The notes beneath the pieces were generated by a model. That model was not told where the DNA came from. It saw nothing but the letters and a program-made list of their open reading frames with translations, and searched no databases. A stretch of DNA of 64,000 nucleotides, taken from assembly GCA_040954595.2 (NCBI GenBank), contig CM082590.2:10752088-10816087 (forward strand), in the 5' to 3' direction. The DNA comes from Balanoglossus misakiensis. Taxonomy: Eukaryota; Animalia; Hemichordata. Shown here one piece after another: positions 1-14,100 of the stretch (the stretch's first letter is position 1; every line of letters starts with the position of its first letter). The translations under genes and the position numbers were made by a program.

Positions 1-1162
1 TTCGACAAAATGATCGCCCCAAGGGTTGTTAAGGAGTAAAAGGTCAATATGAAATTTGTCCAAATATTTTGCAGAAAATGAATTTCTTCTGTCAAAGTTC
101 AATACTTAACGATGACATAAATTCACTTATCAGATGTCCATTGAGAAATGCAACTGTTTTACTGCCAAATTCATTCTCTTAAATTTTCAGTGACATTAAC
201 TGAAACTTTTTATTTTATTTTCAGTATTTTTGTTCTATGTACCAAAAACTAATAAACCCAGTACTCTACTTGTCAACATAGCCTGTATGCGTGTAATGGG
301 CATTGTTTTTGTTGACAAATGAATTCTAGCCCTGACTAGAAGACAAATTTGGCATAATAACAATGCTGACTATATACGTATAGGTTGTATACTGGACATT
401 TCATCATGCTTCAGAGATTTGAATAAGAAACTGCAGTAGATACACAAAACAAAAATACTGAAAACAACAAAACGCAAAAAGTAACAAATTGAAGAGCACT
501 GTTGTCAACATGGGTGCCAAGTATATCTGTATTGGCAGATTTGTGTCACAAAATAATAAGCATGGCAGTCGTTACCTACTCTTTTGGTTCTGAAATTTTA
601 ATTTGATGAGTTTTTCTTGAATTTCTTAAATCTGTAATCTTACTTATAGATGTGTTTAGACACCAAAAAGGTAATATGCATCTCAGACCGTGGAAAAGAG
701 AATAGTTTGTGTAAAAATGTACTTTTTCATAAATTTGAATGAAATGCTCATACAGACCTCATAAGCTACCTCGGAAATTAAATCCTTAAAATGTTTTTCC
801 TTTTTTGCTCAAGGTATATTAAGATTACTGTGCTAAATTATCTGAAATTTAAAATTCAAAATGGCTGTCATGCAGGTTTGTTTCCAATCCATTATTTGGT
901 ATACATATGTATGCTTTTTTGTGATTTTTAAGTAGAATTTTGCACCAATTTCAATTATTTTGTGTTTAGTTGACGAAAATAAAAACACACCACACTGATT
1001 TCAAAGAAAAACTTGGTGCTTTGGCTTTCATTTATTTTATTTTCAGAAAATTCGTAAATCCCCAAATTCTAAAAATGTCTGCCTGGTACATAGGTCACAC
1101 AGTTGTCATTTTGAAAAAGACTTTGCAGATAGCATTCCGATTTCAAAGGGCCGGTGTACATT

Positions 1163-1232
1163 TGACCAAGTTGTTTTCGTGCATATAAGACTTTGCCTTG
1201 TGAGTGGTCAGTAGGTCTAGGTTCAAATCCTG
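1163..1232 (+). promoter_or_regulatory. Degenerate Pol III type-2 A/B-box pair (tRNA- or SINE-derived remnant), left arm copy
   Basis: B-box-like GGTTCAAATCC at 1220-1230 and A-box-like TGACCAAGTTGT at 1163-1174. No convincing cloverleaf. Confidence 0.3.
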
Positions 1233-1387
1233 TAAAACACAAGTGGATTTTCAATTTAATAAAGCTATGTATGTTCAAACATTACTGTGTTTTATTAATT
1301 TACCAATCTTGGATATAACTGAAATATGTCCTTATAGCCAGCATGATATTTTAGCTAATTTAGCCCGGTATAAATTCACTAATTTAA

Positions 1388-1564
1388 AGGTATACGGTCA
1401 CCTCCAATTTTCATACGCGCATAGATGGCTGAAATGGCGTATTTAAGCGTTCTAAAGAACATATGGTGGCGCTCTTTTTTTCGCGTGTGCCACCCACTGA
1501 AAATCCGTGATTGGCTAGATCTCAATTCGCCATGGTAACTATAGCTAATTTTCCATAGGTGACT
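1388..1564. mobile_element. ~177-bp non-autonomous TTAA-inserting DNA element (Kolobok/piggyBac-type MITE), right TIR partly deleted
   Basis: Flanked by TTAA at 1384-1387 and 1565-1568. Left end is AGGTATACGGTCACCT. Right end is AGGTGACT (reverse complement AGTCACCT), the same terminus missing 8 internal bases. TTAA sites with AG...CT termini are typical of Kolobok elements. Confidence 0.55.
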
Positions 1565-1568
1565 TTAA

Positions 1569-1898
1569 GATGCCACCAATTCAATCAACGACGTTATGAA
1601 CTTGTCGACAACTGAAGCGTTACATTGACAAGATGATGCTCAACCTATTCCTCGCCAACATAATTATTCAACATTTGTGGGCAGTTTCACTGATGAAAAG
1701 CGAGAATTGGTTAAATGTACCTTCGATGTGAAACAACGTAATTTTGATATTACTGTTACTGTTGCTCGTCATAATTTGACAACAGGTGAGACAGTGAGTT
1801 TCGCCTTGCAGTGCGGGGAAGTCGTTGGCAAGGCTTATTACTACGACAGTATTGAGTTTTTCGGCAAATTATGGATTGCAACAGCAAAACAGATGTAA
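1569..1898 (+). pseudogene. Possible decayed coding fragment of unknown family
   Basis: 110 codons in one frame with a single internal TGA at 1626-1628 (DATNSINDVMNLSTTEALH*QDDAQPIPRQHNYSTFVGSFTDEKRELVKCTFDVKQRNFD...). No family recognised. Confidence 0.2.
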
Positions 1899-2130
1899 AA
1901 CCTACTTCTTGCGAACATAATTTTCAAGATATGTGGCGAGCAGCTTTACTAAAGAAATTAAAGTACTTAAACTGGTATCCGTTATCTTTCATTGTGCTTA
2001 TTTCTGAGAATGAGTGTGTCTGTCTCTGTTTGTGTGTGTTAATTATAACAAGTTTGTAAACCCTTGAAAGCTACAGATATAAATTTGTCAATCGATTTGT
2101 TGAACAAAGTTCGGCGCCAGATGAAAGGAG

Positions 2131-5100
2131 ATTTTCTTGAGCTATAACCCATGATTTTTATCAAAAAATGATCAGATTTTGAAAATTCGCAAAGTCGAAA
2201 AATCGTCGATTTTTGAACATTTTCCTGAGCTATAACCCATGGTTTTTTCAAAAAATGACCAAATTTTGAAAATTCGCAAAGTCGAAAAATCGTCGATTTT
2301 TGAACATTTTCCTGAGCTATAACCCATGATTTTTATCAAAAAATGATCAGATTTTGAAAACTCGCAAAGTCGAAAAATCGTCGATTTTTGAACATTTTCC
2401 TGAGCTATAACCCATGGTTTTTTCAAAAAATGACCAAATTTTGAAAATTCGCAAAGTCGAAAAATCGTCGATTTTTGAACATTTTCCTGAGCTATAACCC
2501 ATGTTTTTTTCAAAAAATGACCAAATTTTGAAAATTCGCAAAGTCGAAAAATCGTCGATTTTTGAACATTTTCCTGAGCTATAACCCATGGTTTTTTTCA
2601 AAAAATGACCAAATTTTGAAAATTCGCAAAGTCGAAAAATCGTCGATTTTTGAACATTTTCCTGAGCTATAACCCATGATTTTTATCAAAAAATGATCAG
2701 ATTTTGAAAACTCGCAAAGTCGAAAAATCGTCGATTTTTGAACATTTTCCTGAGCTATAACCCATGGTTTTTTCAAAAAATGACCAAATTTTGAAAATTC
2801 GCAAAGTCGAAAAATCGTCGATTTTTGAACATTTTCCTGAGCTATAACCCATGTTTTTTTCAAAAAATGACCAAATTTTGAAAATTCGCAAAGTCGAAAA
2901 ATCGTCGATTTTTGAACATTTTCCTGAGCTATAACCCATGGTTTTTTTCAAAAAATGACCAAATTTTGAAAATTCGCAAAGTCGAAAAATCGTCGATTTT
3001 TGAACATTTTCCTGAGCTATAACCCATGGTTTTTTCAAAAAATGACCAAATTTTGAAAATTCCCAAAGTCGAAAAATCGTCGATTTTTGAACATTTTCCT
3101 GAGCTATAACCCATGGTTTTTTTCAAAAAATGACCAGATTTTGAAAATTCGCAAAGTCGAAAAATCGTCGATTTTTGAACATTTTCCTGAGCTATAACCC
3201 ATGGTTTTTTCAAAAAATGACCAAATTTTGAAAATTCGCAAAGTCGAAAAATCGTCGATTTTTGAACATTTTCCTGAGCTATAACCCATGGTTTTTTCAA
3301 AAAATGACCAAATTTTGAAAATTCGCAAAGTCGAAAAATCGTCGATTTTTGAACATTTTCCTGAGCTATAACCCATGGTTTTTTCAAAAAATGACCAAAT
3401 TTTGAAAATTCGCAAAGTCGAAAAATCGTCGATTTTTGAACATTTTCCTGAGCTATAACCCATGGTTTTTTCAAAAAATGACCAAATTTTGAAAATTCGC
3501 AAAGTCGAAAAATCGTCGATTTTTGAACATTTTCCTGAGCTATAACCCATGGTTTTTTCAAAAAATGACCAAATTTTGAAAATTCGCAAAGTCGAAAAAT
3601 CGTCGATTTTTGAACATTTTCCTGAGCTATAACCCATGGTTTTTTCAAAAAATGACCAAATTTTGAAAATTCGCAAAGTCGGAAAAATCGTCGATTTTTG
3701 AACATTTTCCTGAGCTATAACCCATGGTTTTTTCAAAAAATGACCAAATTTTGAAAATTCGCAAAGTCGAAAAAATCGTCGATTTTTGAACATTTTCCTG
3801 AGCTATAACCCATGGTTTTTTTCAAAAAATGACCAGATTTTGAAAATTCGCAAAGTCGAAAAATCGTCGATTTTTGAACATTTTCCTGAGCTATAACCCA
3901 TGGTTTTTTTTCAAAAAATGATCAGATTTTGAAAATTCGCAAAGTCGAAAAATCGTCGATTTTTGAACATTTTCCTGAGCTATAACCCATGGTTTTTTCA
4001 AAAAATGACCAAATTTTGAAAATTTGCAAAGTCGAAAAATCGTCGATTTTTGAACATTTTCCTGAGCTATAACCCATGGTTTTTTTCAAAAAATGACCAA
4101 ATTTTGAAAATTCGCAAAGTCGAAAAATCGTCGATTTTTGAACATTTTCCTGAGCTATAACCCATTGTTTTTTCAAAAAATGACCAAATTTTGAAAATTC
4201 GCAAAGTCGAAAAATCGTCGATTTTTGAACATTTTCCTGAGCTATAACCCATGGTTTTTTTCAAAAAATGACCAGATTTTGAAAATTCGCAAAGTCGAAA
4301 AATCGTCGATTTTTGAACATTTTCCTGAGCTATAACCCATGGTTTTTTTTCAAAAAATGATCAGATTTTGAAAATTCGCAAAGTCGAAAAATCGTCGATT
4401 TTTGAACATTTTCCTGAGCTATAACCCATGGTTTTTTCAAAAAATGACCAAATTTTGAAAATTTGCAAAGTCGAAAAATCGTCGATTTTTGAACATTTTC
4501 CTGAGCTATAACCCATGGTTTTTTTCAAAAAATGACCAAATTTTGAAAATTCGCAAAGTCGAAAAATCGTCGATTTTTGAACATTTTCCTGAGCTATAAC
4601 CCATGGTTTTTTCAAAAAATGACCAAATTTTGAAAATTCGCAAAGTCGAAAAATCGTCGATTTTTGAACATTTTCCTGAGCTATAACCCATGGTTTTTTC
4701 AAAAAATGACCAAATTTTGAAAATTCGCAAAGTCGAAAAATCGTCGATTTTTGAACATTTTCCTGAGCTATAACCCATGGTTTTTTTCAAAAAATGACCA
4801 AATTTTGAAAATTCGCAAAGTCGAAAAAATCGTCGATTTTTGAACATTTTCCTGAGCTATAACCCATTGTTTTTTCAAAAAATGACCAAATTTTGAAAAT
4901 TCGCAAAGTCGAAAAATCGTCGATTTTTGAACATTTTCCTGAGCTATAACCCATGGTTTTTTTCAAAAAATGACCAGATTTTGAAAATTCGCAAAGTCGA
5001 AAAATCGTCGATTTTTGAACATTTTCCTGAGCTATAACCCATGGTTTTTTTCAAAAAATGACCAGATTTTGAAAATTCGCAAAGTCGAAAAATCGTCGAT

Positions 5101-8100
5101 TTTTGAACATTTTCCTGAGCTATAACCCATGGTTTTTTCAAAAAATGACCAAATTTTGAAAATTCGCAAAGTCGAAAAATCGTCGATTTTTGAACATTTT
5201 CCTGAGCTATAACCCATGGTTTTTTCAAAAAATGACCAAATTTTGAAAATTCGCAAAGTCGAAAAATCGTCGATTTTTGAACATTTTCCTGAGCTATAAC
5301 CCATGGTTTTTTCAAAAAATGACCAAATTTTGAAAATTCGCAAAGTCGAAAAATCGTCGATTTTTGAACATTTTCCTGAGCTATAACCCATGGTTTTTTT
5401 CAAAAAATGACCAAATTTTGAAAATTCGCAAAGTCGAAAAAATCGTCGATTTTTGAACATTTTCCTGAGCTATAACCCATTGTTTTTTCAAAAAATGACC
5501 AAATTTTGAAAATTCGCAAAGTCGAAAAATCGTCGATTTTTGAACATTTTCCTGAGCTATAACCCATGGTTTTTTTCAAAAAATGACCAAATTTTGAAAA
5601 TTCGCAAAGTCGAAAAATCGTCGATTTTTGAACATTTTCCTGAGCTATAACCCATGGTTTTTTTCAAAAAATGACCAGATTTTGAAAATTCGCAAAGTCG
5701 AAAAATCGTCGATTTTTGAACATTTTCCTGAGCTATAACCCATGGTTTTTTCAAAAAATGACCAAATTTTGAAAATTCGCAAAGTCGAAAAATCGTCGAT
5801 TTTTGAACATTTTCCTGAGCTATAACCCATGGTTTTTTCAAAAAATGACCAAATTTTGAAAATTCGCAAAGTCGAAAAATCGTCGATTTTTGAACATTTT
5901 CCTGAGCTATAACCCATGGTTTTTTCAAAAAATGACCAAATTTTGAAAATTCGCAAAGTCGAAAAATCGTCGATTTTTGAACATTTTCCTGAGCTATAAC
6001 CCATGGTTTTTTCAAAAAATGACCAAATTTTGAAAATTCGCAAAGTCGAAAAATCGTCGATTTTTGAACATTTTCCTGAGCTATAACCCATGGTTTTTTC
6101 AAAAAATGACCAAATTTTGAAAATTCGCAAAGTCGAAAAATCGTCGATTTTTGAACATTTTCCTGAGCTATAACCCATGGTTTTTTTTCAAAAAATGACC
6201 AGATTTTGAAAATTCGCAAAGTCGAAAAATCGTCGATTTTTGAACGTTTTCCTGAGCTATAACCCATGGTTTTTTTCAAAAAATGACCAGATTTTGAAAA
6301 TTCGCAAAGTCGAAAAATCGTCGATTTTTGAACATTTTCCTGAGCTATAACCCATGGTTTTTTTCAAAAACTGACCAGATTTTGAAAATTCGCAAAGTCG
6401 AAAAATCGTCGATTTTTGAACATTTTCCTGAGCTATAACCCATGATTTTTATCAAAAAATGATCAGATTTTGAAAATTCGCAAAGTCAAAAAATCGTCGA
6501 TTTTTGAACATTTTCCTGAGCTATAACCCATGTTTTTTTCAAAAAATGACCAAATTTTGAAAATTCGCAAAGTCGAAAAATCGTCGATTTTTGAACATTT
6601 TCCTGAGCTATAACCCATGTTTTTTTTTAAAAAATGACCAAATTTTGAAAATTCGCAAAGTCGAAAAATCGTCGATTTTTGAACATTTTCCTGAGCTATA
6701 ACCCATGGTTTTTTCAAAAAATGACCAAATTTTGAAAATTCGCAAAGTCGAAAAATCGTCGATTTTTGAACATTTTCCTGAGCTATAACCCATGGTTTTT
6801 TTCAAAAAATGACCAGATTTTGAAAATTCGCAAAGTCGAAAAATCGTCGATTTTTGAACATTTTCCTGAGCTATAACCCATGGTTTTTTTTCAAAAAATG
6901 ACCAAATTTTGAAAATTCGCAAAGTCGAAAAATCGTCGATTTTTGAACATTTTCCTGAGCTATAACCCATGGTTTTTTTCAAAAAATGACCAGATTTTGA
7001 AAATTCGCAAAGTCGAAAAATCGTCGATTTTTGAACATTTTCCTGAGCTATAACCCATGGTTTTTTCAAAAAATGACCAAATTTTGAAAATTCGCAAAGT
7101 CGAAAAATCGTCGATTTTTGAACATTTTCCTGAGCTATAACCCATGGTTTTTTTCAAAAAATGACCAGATTTTGAAAATTCGCAAAGTCGAAAAATCGTC
7201 GATTTTTGAACATTTTCCTGAGCTATAACCCATGGTAATTCGCAAAGTCGAAAATCGTCTATTTTTGAACATTTTCTGAGCTTTAACCCATGTTTTTTTT
7301 CAAAAAATGACCAAATTTGAAAATTCGCAAAGTCCAAAATCGTCGATTTTCATTGAGCTATACAATGCAGTTTCGAGCTATTAACCCATGTTTTTTTCAA
7401 AAAATGTCACAGATTATTGAAATTCGCAAAGTCGAAAAATCGTCGACTTGTCGAAAAATCGTCGATTTTTGAACATTTTCCTGAGCTATAACCCATGTTT
7501 TTTTCAAAAAATGACCAGATTTTGAAAATTCGCAAAGTCGAAAAATCGTCGATTTTTGAACATTTTCCTGAGCTATAACCCATGGTTTTTTTCAAAAAAT
7601 GACCAGATTTTGAAAATTCGCAAAGTCGAAAAATCGTCGATTTTTGAACATTTTCCTGAGCTATAACCCATGGTTTTTTCAAAAAATGACCAAATTTTGA
7701 AAATTCGCAAAGTCGAAAAATCGTCGATTTTTGAACATTTTCCTGAGCTATAACCCATGGTTTTTTCAAAAAATGACCAAATTTTGAAAATTCGCAAAGT
7801 CGAAAAATCGTCGATTTTTGAACATTTTCCTGAGCTATAACCCATGGTTTTTTCAAAAAATGACCAAATTTTGAAAATTCGCAAAGTCGAAAAATCGTCG
7901 ATTTTTGAACATTTTCCTGAGCTATAACCCATGGTTTTTTTTCAAAAAATGACCAGATTTTGAAAATTCGCAAAGTCGAAAAATCGTCGATTTTTGAACA
8001 TTTTCCTGAGCTATAACCCATGGTTTTTTTCAAAAAATGACCAGATTTTGAAAATTCGCAAAGTCGAAAAATCGTCGATTTTTGAACATTTTCCTGAGCT

Positions 8101-11100
8101 ATAACCCATGGTTTTTTTCAAAAACTGACCAGATTTTGAAAATTCGCAAAGTCGAAAAATCGTCGATTTTTGAACATTTTCCTGAGCTATAACCCATGAT
8201 TTTTATCAAAAAATGATCAGATTTTGAAAATTCGCAAAGTCAAAAAATCGTCGATTTTTGAACATTTTCCTGAGCTATAACCCATGGTTTTTTCAAAAAA
8301 TGACCAAATTTTGAAAATTCGCAAAGTCGAAAAATCGTCGATTTTTGAACATTTTCCTGAGCTATAACCCATGTTTTTTTCAAAAAATGACCAAATTTTG
8401 AAAATTCGCAAAGTCGAAAAATCGTCGATTTTTGAACATTTTCCTGAGCTATAACCCATGTTTTTTTCAAAAAATGACCAAATTTTGAAAATTCGCAAAG
8501 TCGAAAAATCGTCGATTTTTGAACATTTTCCTGAGCTATAACCCATGTTTTTTTTTAAAAAATGACCAAATTTTGAAAATTCGCAAAGTCGAAAAATCGT
8601 CGATTTTTGAACATTTTCCTGAGCTATAACCCATGGTTTTTTCAAAAAATGACCAAATTTTGAAAATTCGCAAAGTCGAAAAATCGTCGATTTTTGAACA
8701 TTTTCCTGAGCTATAACCCATGGTTTTTTTCAAAAAATGACCAGATTTTGAAAATTCGCAAAGTCGAAAAATCGTCGATTTTTGAACATTTTCCTGAGCT
8801 ATAACCCATGGTTTTTTTCAAAAAATGACCAAATTTTGAAAATTCGCAAAGTCGAAAAATCGTCGATTTTTGAACATTTTCCTGAGCTATAACCCATGGT
8901 TTTTTTCAAAAAATGACCAGATTTTGAAAATTCGCAAAGTCGAAAAATCGTCGATTTTTGAACATTTTCCTGAGCTATAACCCATGGTTTTTTCAAAAAA
9001 TGACCAAATTTTGAAAATTCGCAAAGTCGAAAAATCGTCGATTTTTGAACATTTTCCTGAGCTATAACCCATGGTTTTTTTCAAAAAATGACCAGATTTT
9101 GAAAATTCGCAAAGTCGAAAAATCGTCGATTTTTGAACATTTTCCTGAGCTATAACCCATGGTTTTTTCAAAAAATGACCAAATTTTGAAAATTCGCAAA
9201 GTCGAAAAATCGTCGATTTTTGAACATTTTCCTGAGCTATAACCCATGGTTTTTTTCAAAAAATGACCAGATTTTGAAAATTCGCAAAGTCGAAAAATCG
9301 TCGATTTTTGAACATTTTCCTGAGCTATAACCCATGTTTTTTTTCAAAAAATGACCAGATTTTGAAAATTCGCAAAGTCGAAAAATCGTCGATTTTTGAA
9401 CATTTTCCTGAGCTATAACCCATGTTTTTTTCAAAAAATGACCAGATTTTGAAAATTCGCAAAGTCGAAAAATCGTCGATTTTTGAACATTTTCCTGAGC
9501 TATAACCCATGGTTTTTTTCAAAAAATGACCAGATTTTGAAAATTCGCAAAGTCGAAAAATCGTCGATTTTTGAACATTTTCCTGAGCTATAACCCATGG
9601 TTTTTTTCAAAAAATGACCAGATTTTGAAAATTCGCAAAGTCGAAAAATCGTCGATTTTTGAACATTTTCCTGAGCTATAACCCATGGTTTTTTCAAAAA
9701 ATGACCAAATTTTGAAAATTTGCAAAGTCGAAAAATCGTCGATTTTTGAACATTTTCCTGAGCTATAACCCATGGTTTTTTTCAAAAAATGACCAAATTT
9801 TGAAAATTCGCAAAGTCGAAAAATCGTCGATTTTTGAACATTTTCCTGAGCTATAACCCATGGTTTTTTCAAAAAATGACCAAATTTTGAAAATTCGCAA
9901 AGTCGAAAAATCGTCGATTTTTGAACATTTTCCTGAGCTATAACCCATGGTTTTTTCAAAAAATGACCAAATTTTGAAAATTCGCAAAGTCGAAAAATCG
10001 TCGATTTTTGAACATTTTCCTGAGCTATAACCCATGGTTTTTTCAAAAAATGACCAAATTTTGAAAATTCACAAAGTCGAAAAATCGTCGATTTTTGAAC
10101 ATTTTCCTGAGCTATAACCCATGGTTTTTTTCAAAAAATGACCAGATTTTGAAAATTCGCAAAGTCGAAAAATCGTCGATTTTTGAACATTTTCCTGAGC
10201 TATAACCCATGGTTTTTTCAAAAAATGACCAGATTTTGAAAATTCGCAAAGTCGAAAAATCGTCGATTTTTGAACATTTTCCTGAGCTATAACCCATGGT
10301 TTTTTCAAAAAATGACCAAATTTTGAAAATTCGCAAAGTCGAAAAATCGTCGATTTTTGAACATTTTCCTGAGCTATAACCCATGGTTTTTTCAAAAAAT
10401 GACCAAATTTTGAAAATTCGCAAAGTCGAAAAATCGTCGATTTTTGAACATTTTCCTGAGCTATAACCCATGGTTTTTTCAAAAAATGACCAAATTTTGA
10501 AAATTCGCAAAGTCGAAAAATCGTCGATTTTTGAACATTTTCCTGAGCTATAACCCATGGTTTTTTTTCAAAAAATGACCAAATTTTGAAAATTCGCAAA
10601 GTCGAAAAATCGTCGATTTTTGAACATTTTCCTGAGCTATAACCCATGGTTTTTTTCAAAAAATGACCAAATTTTGAAAATTCGCAAAGTCGAAAAATCG
10701 TCGATTTTTGAACATTTTCCTGAGCTATAACCCATGTTTTTTTTCAAAAAATGACCAGATTTTGAAAATTCGCAAAGTCGAAAAATCGTCGATTTTTGAA
10801 CATTTTCCTGAGCTATAACCCATGGTTTTTTCAAAAAATGACCAAATTTTGAAAATTCGCAAAGTCGAAAAATCGTCGATTTTTGAACATTTTCCTGAGC
10901 TATAACCCATGGTTTTTTCAAAAAATGACCAAATTTTGAAAATTCGCAAAGTCGAAAAATCGTCGATTTTTGAACATTTTCCTGAGCTATAACCCATGGT
11001 TTTTTCAAAAAATGACCAAATTTTGAAAATTCGCAAAGTCGAAAAATCGTCGATTTTTGAACATTTTCCTGAGCTATAACCCATGGTTTTTTTCAAAAAA

Positions 11101-14100
11101 TGACCAGATTTGGAAAATTCGCAAAGTCGAAAAATCGTCGATTTTTGAACATTTTCCTGAGCTATAACCCATGGTTTTTTTCAAAAAATGACCAGATTTT
11201 GAAAATTCGCAAAGTCGAAAAATCGTCGATTTTTGAACATTTTCCTGAGCTATAACCCATGGTTTTTTCAAAAAATGACCAAATTTTGAAAATTCGCAAA
11301 GTCGAAAAATCGTCGATTTTTGAACATTTTCCTGAGCTATAACCCATGGTTTTTTTCAAAAAATGACCAAATTTTGAAAATTCGCAAAGTCGAAAAATCG
11401 TCGATTTTTGAACATTTTCCTGAGCTATAACCCATGGTTTTTTTCAAAAAATGACCAAATTTTGAAAATTCGCAAAGTCGAAAAATCGTCGATTTTTGAA
11501 CATTTTCCTGAGCTATAACCCATGGTTTTTTCAAAAAATGACCAAATTTTGAAAATTCGCAAAGTCGAAAAATCGTCGATTTTTGAACATTTTCCTGAGC
11601 TATAACCCATGGTTTTTTCAAAAAATGACCAAATTTTGAAAATTCGCAAAGTCGAAAAATCGTCGATTATTGAACATTTTCCTGAGCTATAACCCATGGT
11701 TTTTTCAAAAAATGACCAAATTTTGAAAATTCGCAAAGTCGAAAAATCGTCGATTTTTGAACATTTTCCTGAGCTATAACCCATGGTTTTTTTCAAAAAA
11801 TGACCAAATTTTGAAAATTCGCAAAGTCGAAAAATCGTCGATTTTTGAACATTTTCCTGAGCTATAACCCATGGTTTTTTCAAAAAATGACCAAATTTTG
11901 AAAATTCGCAAAGTCGAAAAATCGTCGATTTTTGAACATTTTCCTGAGCTATAACCCATGGTTTTTTCAAAAAATGACCAAATTTTGAAAATTCGCAAAG
12001 TCGAAAAATCGTCGATTTTTGAACATTTTCCTGAGCTATAACCCATGGTTTTTTTCAAAAAATGACCAAATTTTGAAAATTCGCAAAGTCGAAAAATCGT
12101 CGATTTTTGAACATTTTCCTGAGCTATAACCCATGGTTTTTTTCAAAAAATGACCAGATTTTGAAAATTCGCAAAGTCGAAAAATCGTCGATTTTTGAAC
12201 ATTTTCCTGAGCTATAACCCATGGTTTTTTCAAAAAATGACCAAATTTTGAAAATTCGCAAAGTCGAAAAATCGTCGATTTTTGAACATTTTCCTGAGCA
12301 ATAACCCATGGTTTTTTTCAAAAAATCACCAGATTTTGAAAATTCGAAAAGTCGAAAAATCGTCGATTTTTGAACATTTTCCTGAGCTATAACCCATGGT
12401 TTTTTCAAAAAATGACCAAATTTTGAAAATTCGCAAAGTCGAAAAATCGTCGATTTTTGAACATTTTCCTGAGCTATAACCCATGGTTTTTTTAAAAAAT
12501 GACCAAATTTTGAAAATTCGCAAAGTCGAAAAATCGTCGATTTTTGAACATTTTCCTGAGCTATAACCCATGGTTTTTTTCAAAAAATGACCAGATTTTG
12601 AAAATTCGCAAAGTCGAAAAATCGTCGATTTTTGAACATTTTCCTGAGCTATAACCCATGGTTTTTTTCAAAAAATCACCAGATTTTGAAAATTCGCAAA
12701 GTCGAAAAATCGTCGATTTTTGAACATTTTCCTGAGCTATAACCCATGGTTTTTTTCAAAAAATGACCAGATTTTGAAAATTCGCAAAGTCGAAAAATCG
12801 TCGATTTTTGAACATTTTCCTGAGCTATAACCCATGGTTTTTTTCAAAAAATGACCAGATTTTGAAAATTCGCAAAGTCGAAAAATCGTCGATTTTTGAA
12901 CATTTTCCTGAGCTATAACCCATGGTTTTTTTCAAAAAATGACCAAATTTTGAAAATTCGCAAAGTCGAAAAATCGTCGATTTTTGAACATTTTCCTGAG
13001 CTATAACCCATGTTTTTTTTCAAAAAATGACCAGATTTTGAAAATTCGCAAAGTCGAAAAATCGTCGATTTTTGAACATTTTCCTGAGCTATAACCCATG
13101 GTTTTTTCAGAAAAAGACCAAATTTTGAAAATTCGCAAAGTCGAAAAATCGTCGATTTTTGAACATTTTCCTGAGCTATAACCCATGGTTTTTTTCAAAA
13201 AATGACCAAATTTTGAAAATTCGCAAAGTCGAAAAATCGTCGATTTTTGAACATTTTCCTGAGCTATAACCCATGGTTTTTTTAAAAAAATGACCAGATT
13301 TTGAAAATTCGCAAAGTCGAAAAATCGTCGATTTTTGAACATTTTCCTGAGCTATAACCCATGGTTTTTTTCAAAAAATGACCAGATTTTGAAAATTCGC
13401 AAAGTCGAAAAATCGTCGATTTTTGAACATTTTCCTGAGCTATAACCCATGGTTTTTTCAAAAAATGACCAAATTTTGAAAATTCGCAAAGTCGAAAAAT
13501 CGTCGATTTTTGAACATTTTCCTGAGCTATAACCCATGGTTTTTTTCAAAAAATGACCAAATTTTGAAAATTCGCAAAGTCGAAAAATCGTCGATTTTTG
13601 AACATTTTCCTGAGCTATAACCCATGTTTTTTTTCAAAAAATGACCAGATTTTGAAAATTCGCAAAGTCGAAAAATCGTCGATTTTTGAACATTTTCCTG
13701 AGCTATAACCCATGGTTTTTTCAAAAAAAGACCAAATTTTGAAAATTCGCAAAGTCGAAAAATCGTCGATTTTTGAACATTTTCCTGAGCTATAACCCAT
13801 GGTTTTTTTCAAAAAATGACCAGATTTTAAAAATTCGCAAAGTCGAAAAATCGTCGACTTTTGAACATTTTCCTGAGCTATAACCCATGGTTTTTTCAAA
13901 AAATGACCAAATTTTGAAAATACGCAAAGTCGAAAAATCGTCGATTTTTGAACATTTTCCTGAGCTATAACCCATGTTTTTTTTTCAAAAAATGACCAAA
14001 TTTTGAAAATTCGCAAAGTCGAAAAATCGTCGATTTTTGAACATTTTCCTGAGCTATAACCCATGGTTTTTTTCAAAAAATGACCAAATTTTGAAAATTC

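Larger units (their letters stand above)
495..2130 (+). repeat. Left non-satellite arm of the inverted repeat
   Basis: Three inverted matches: 495-872 to 58318-58711, 871-1265 to ~57346-57741, and 1615-2130 to 56825-~57350. The ORF track shows near-identical peptides on opposite strands (970..1188+ vs 57424..57642-; 1871..2059+ vs 56902..57150-). Confidence 0.93.

Noticed and set aside
1163-1232. Intact tRNA gene
   Set aside because: Only box-like motifs; I could not fold convincing acceptor and anticodon stems.
2012-2039. GT/GTCT microsatellite-like tract suggesting a Helentron/DINE-type element with central tandem repeats
   Set aside because: The tract is short and degenerate, and no subterminal inverted repeats or 3' stem-loop were identified.
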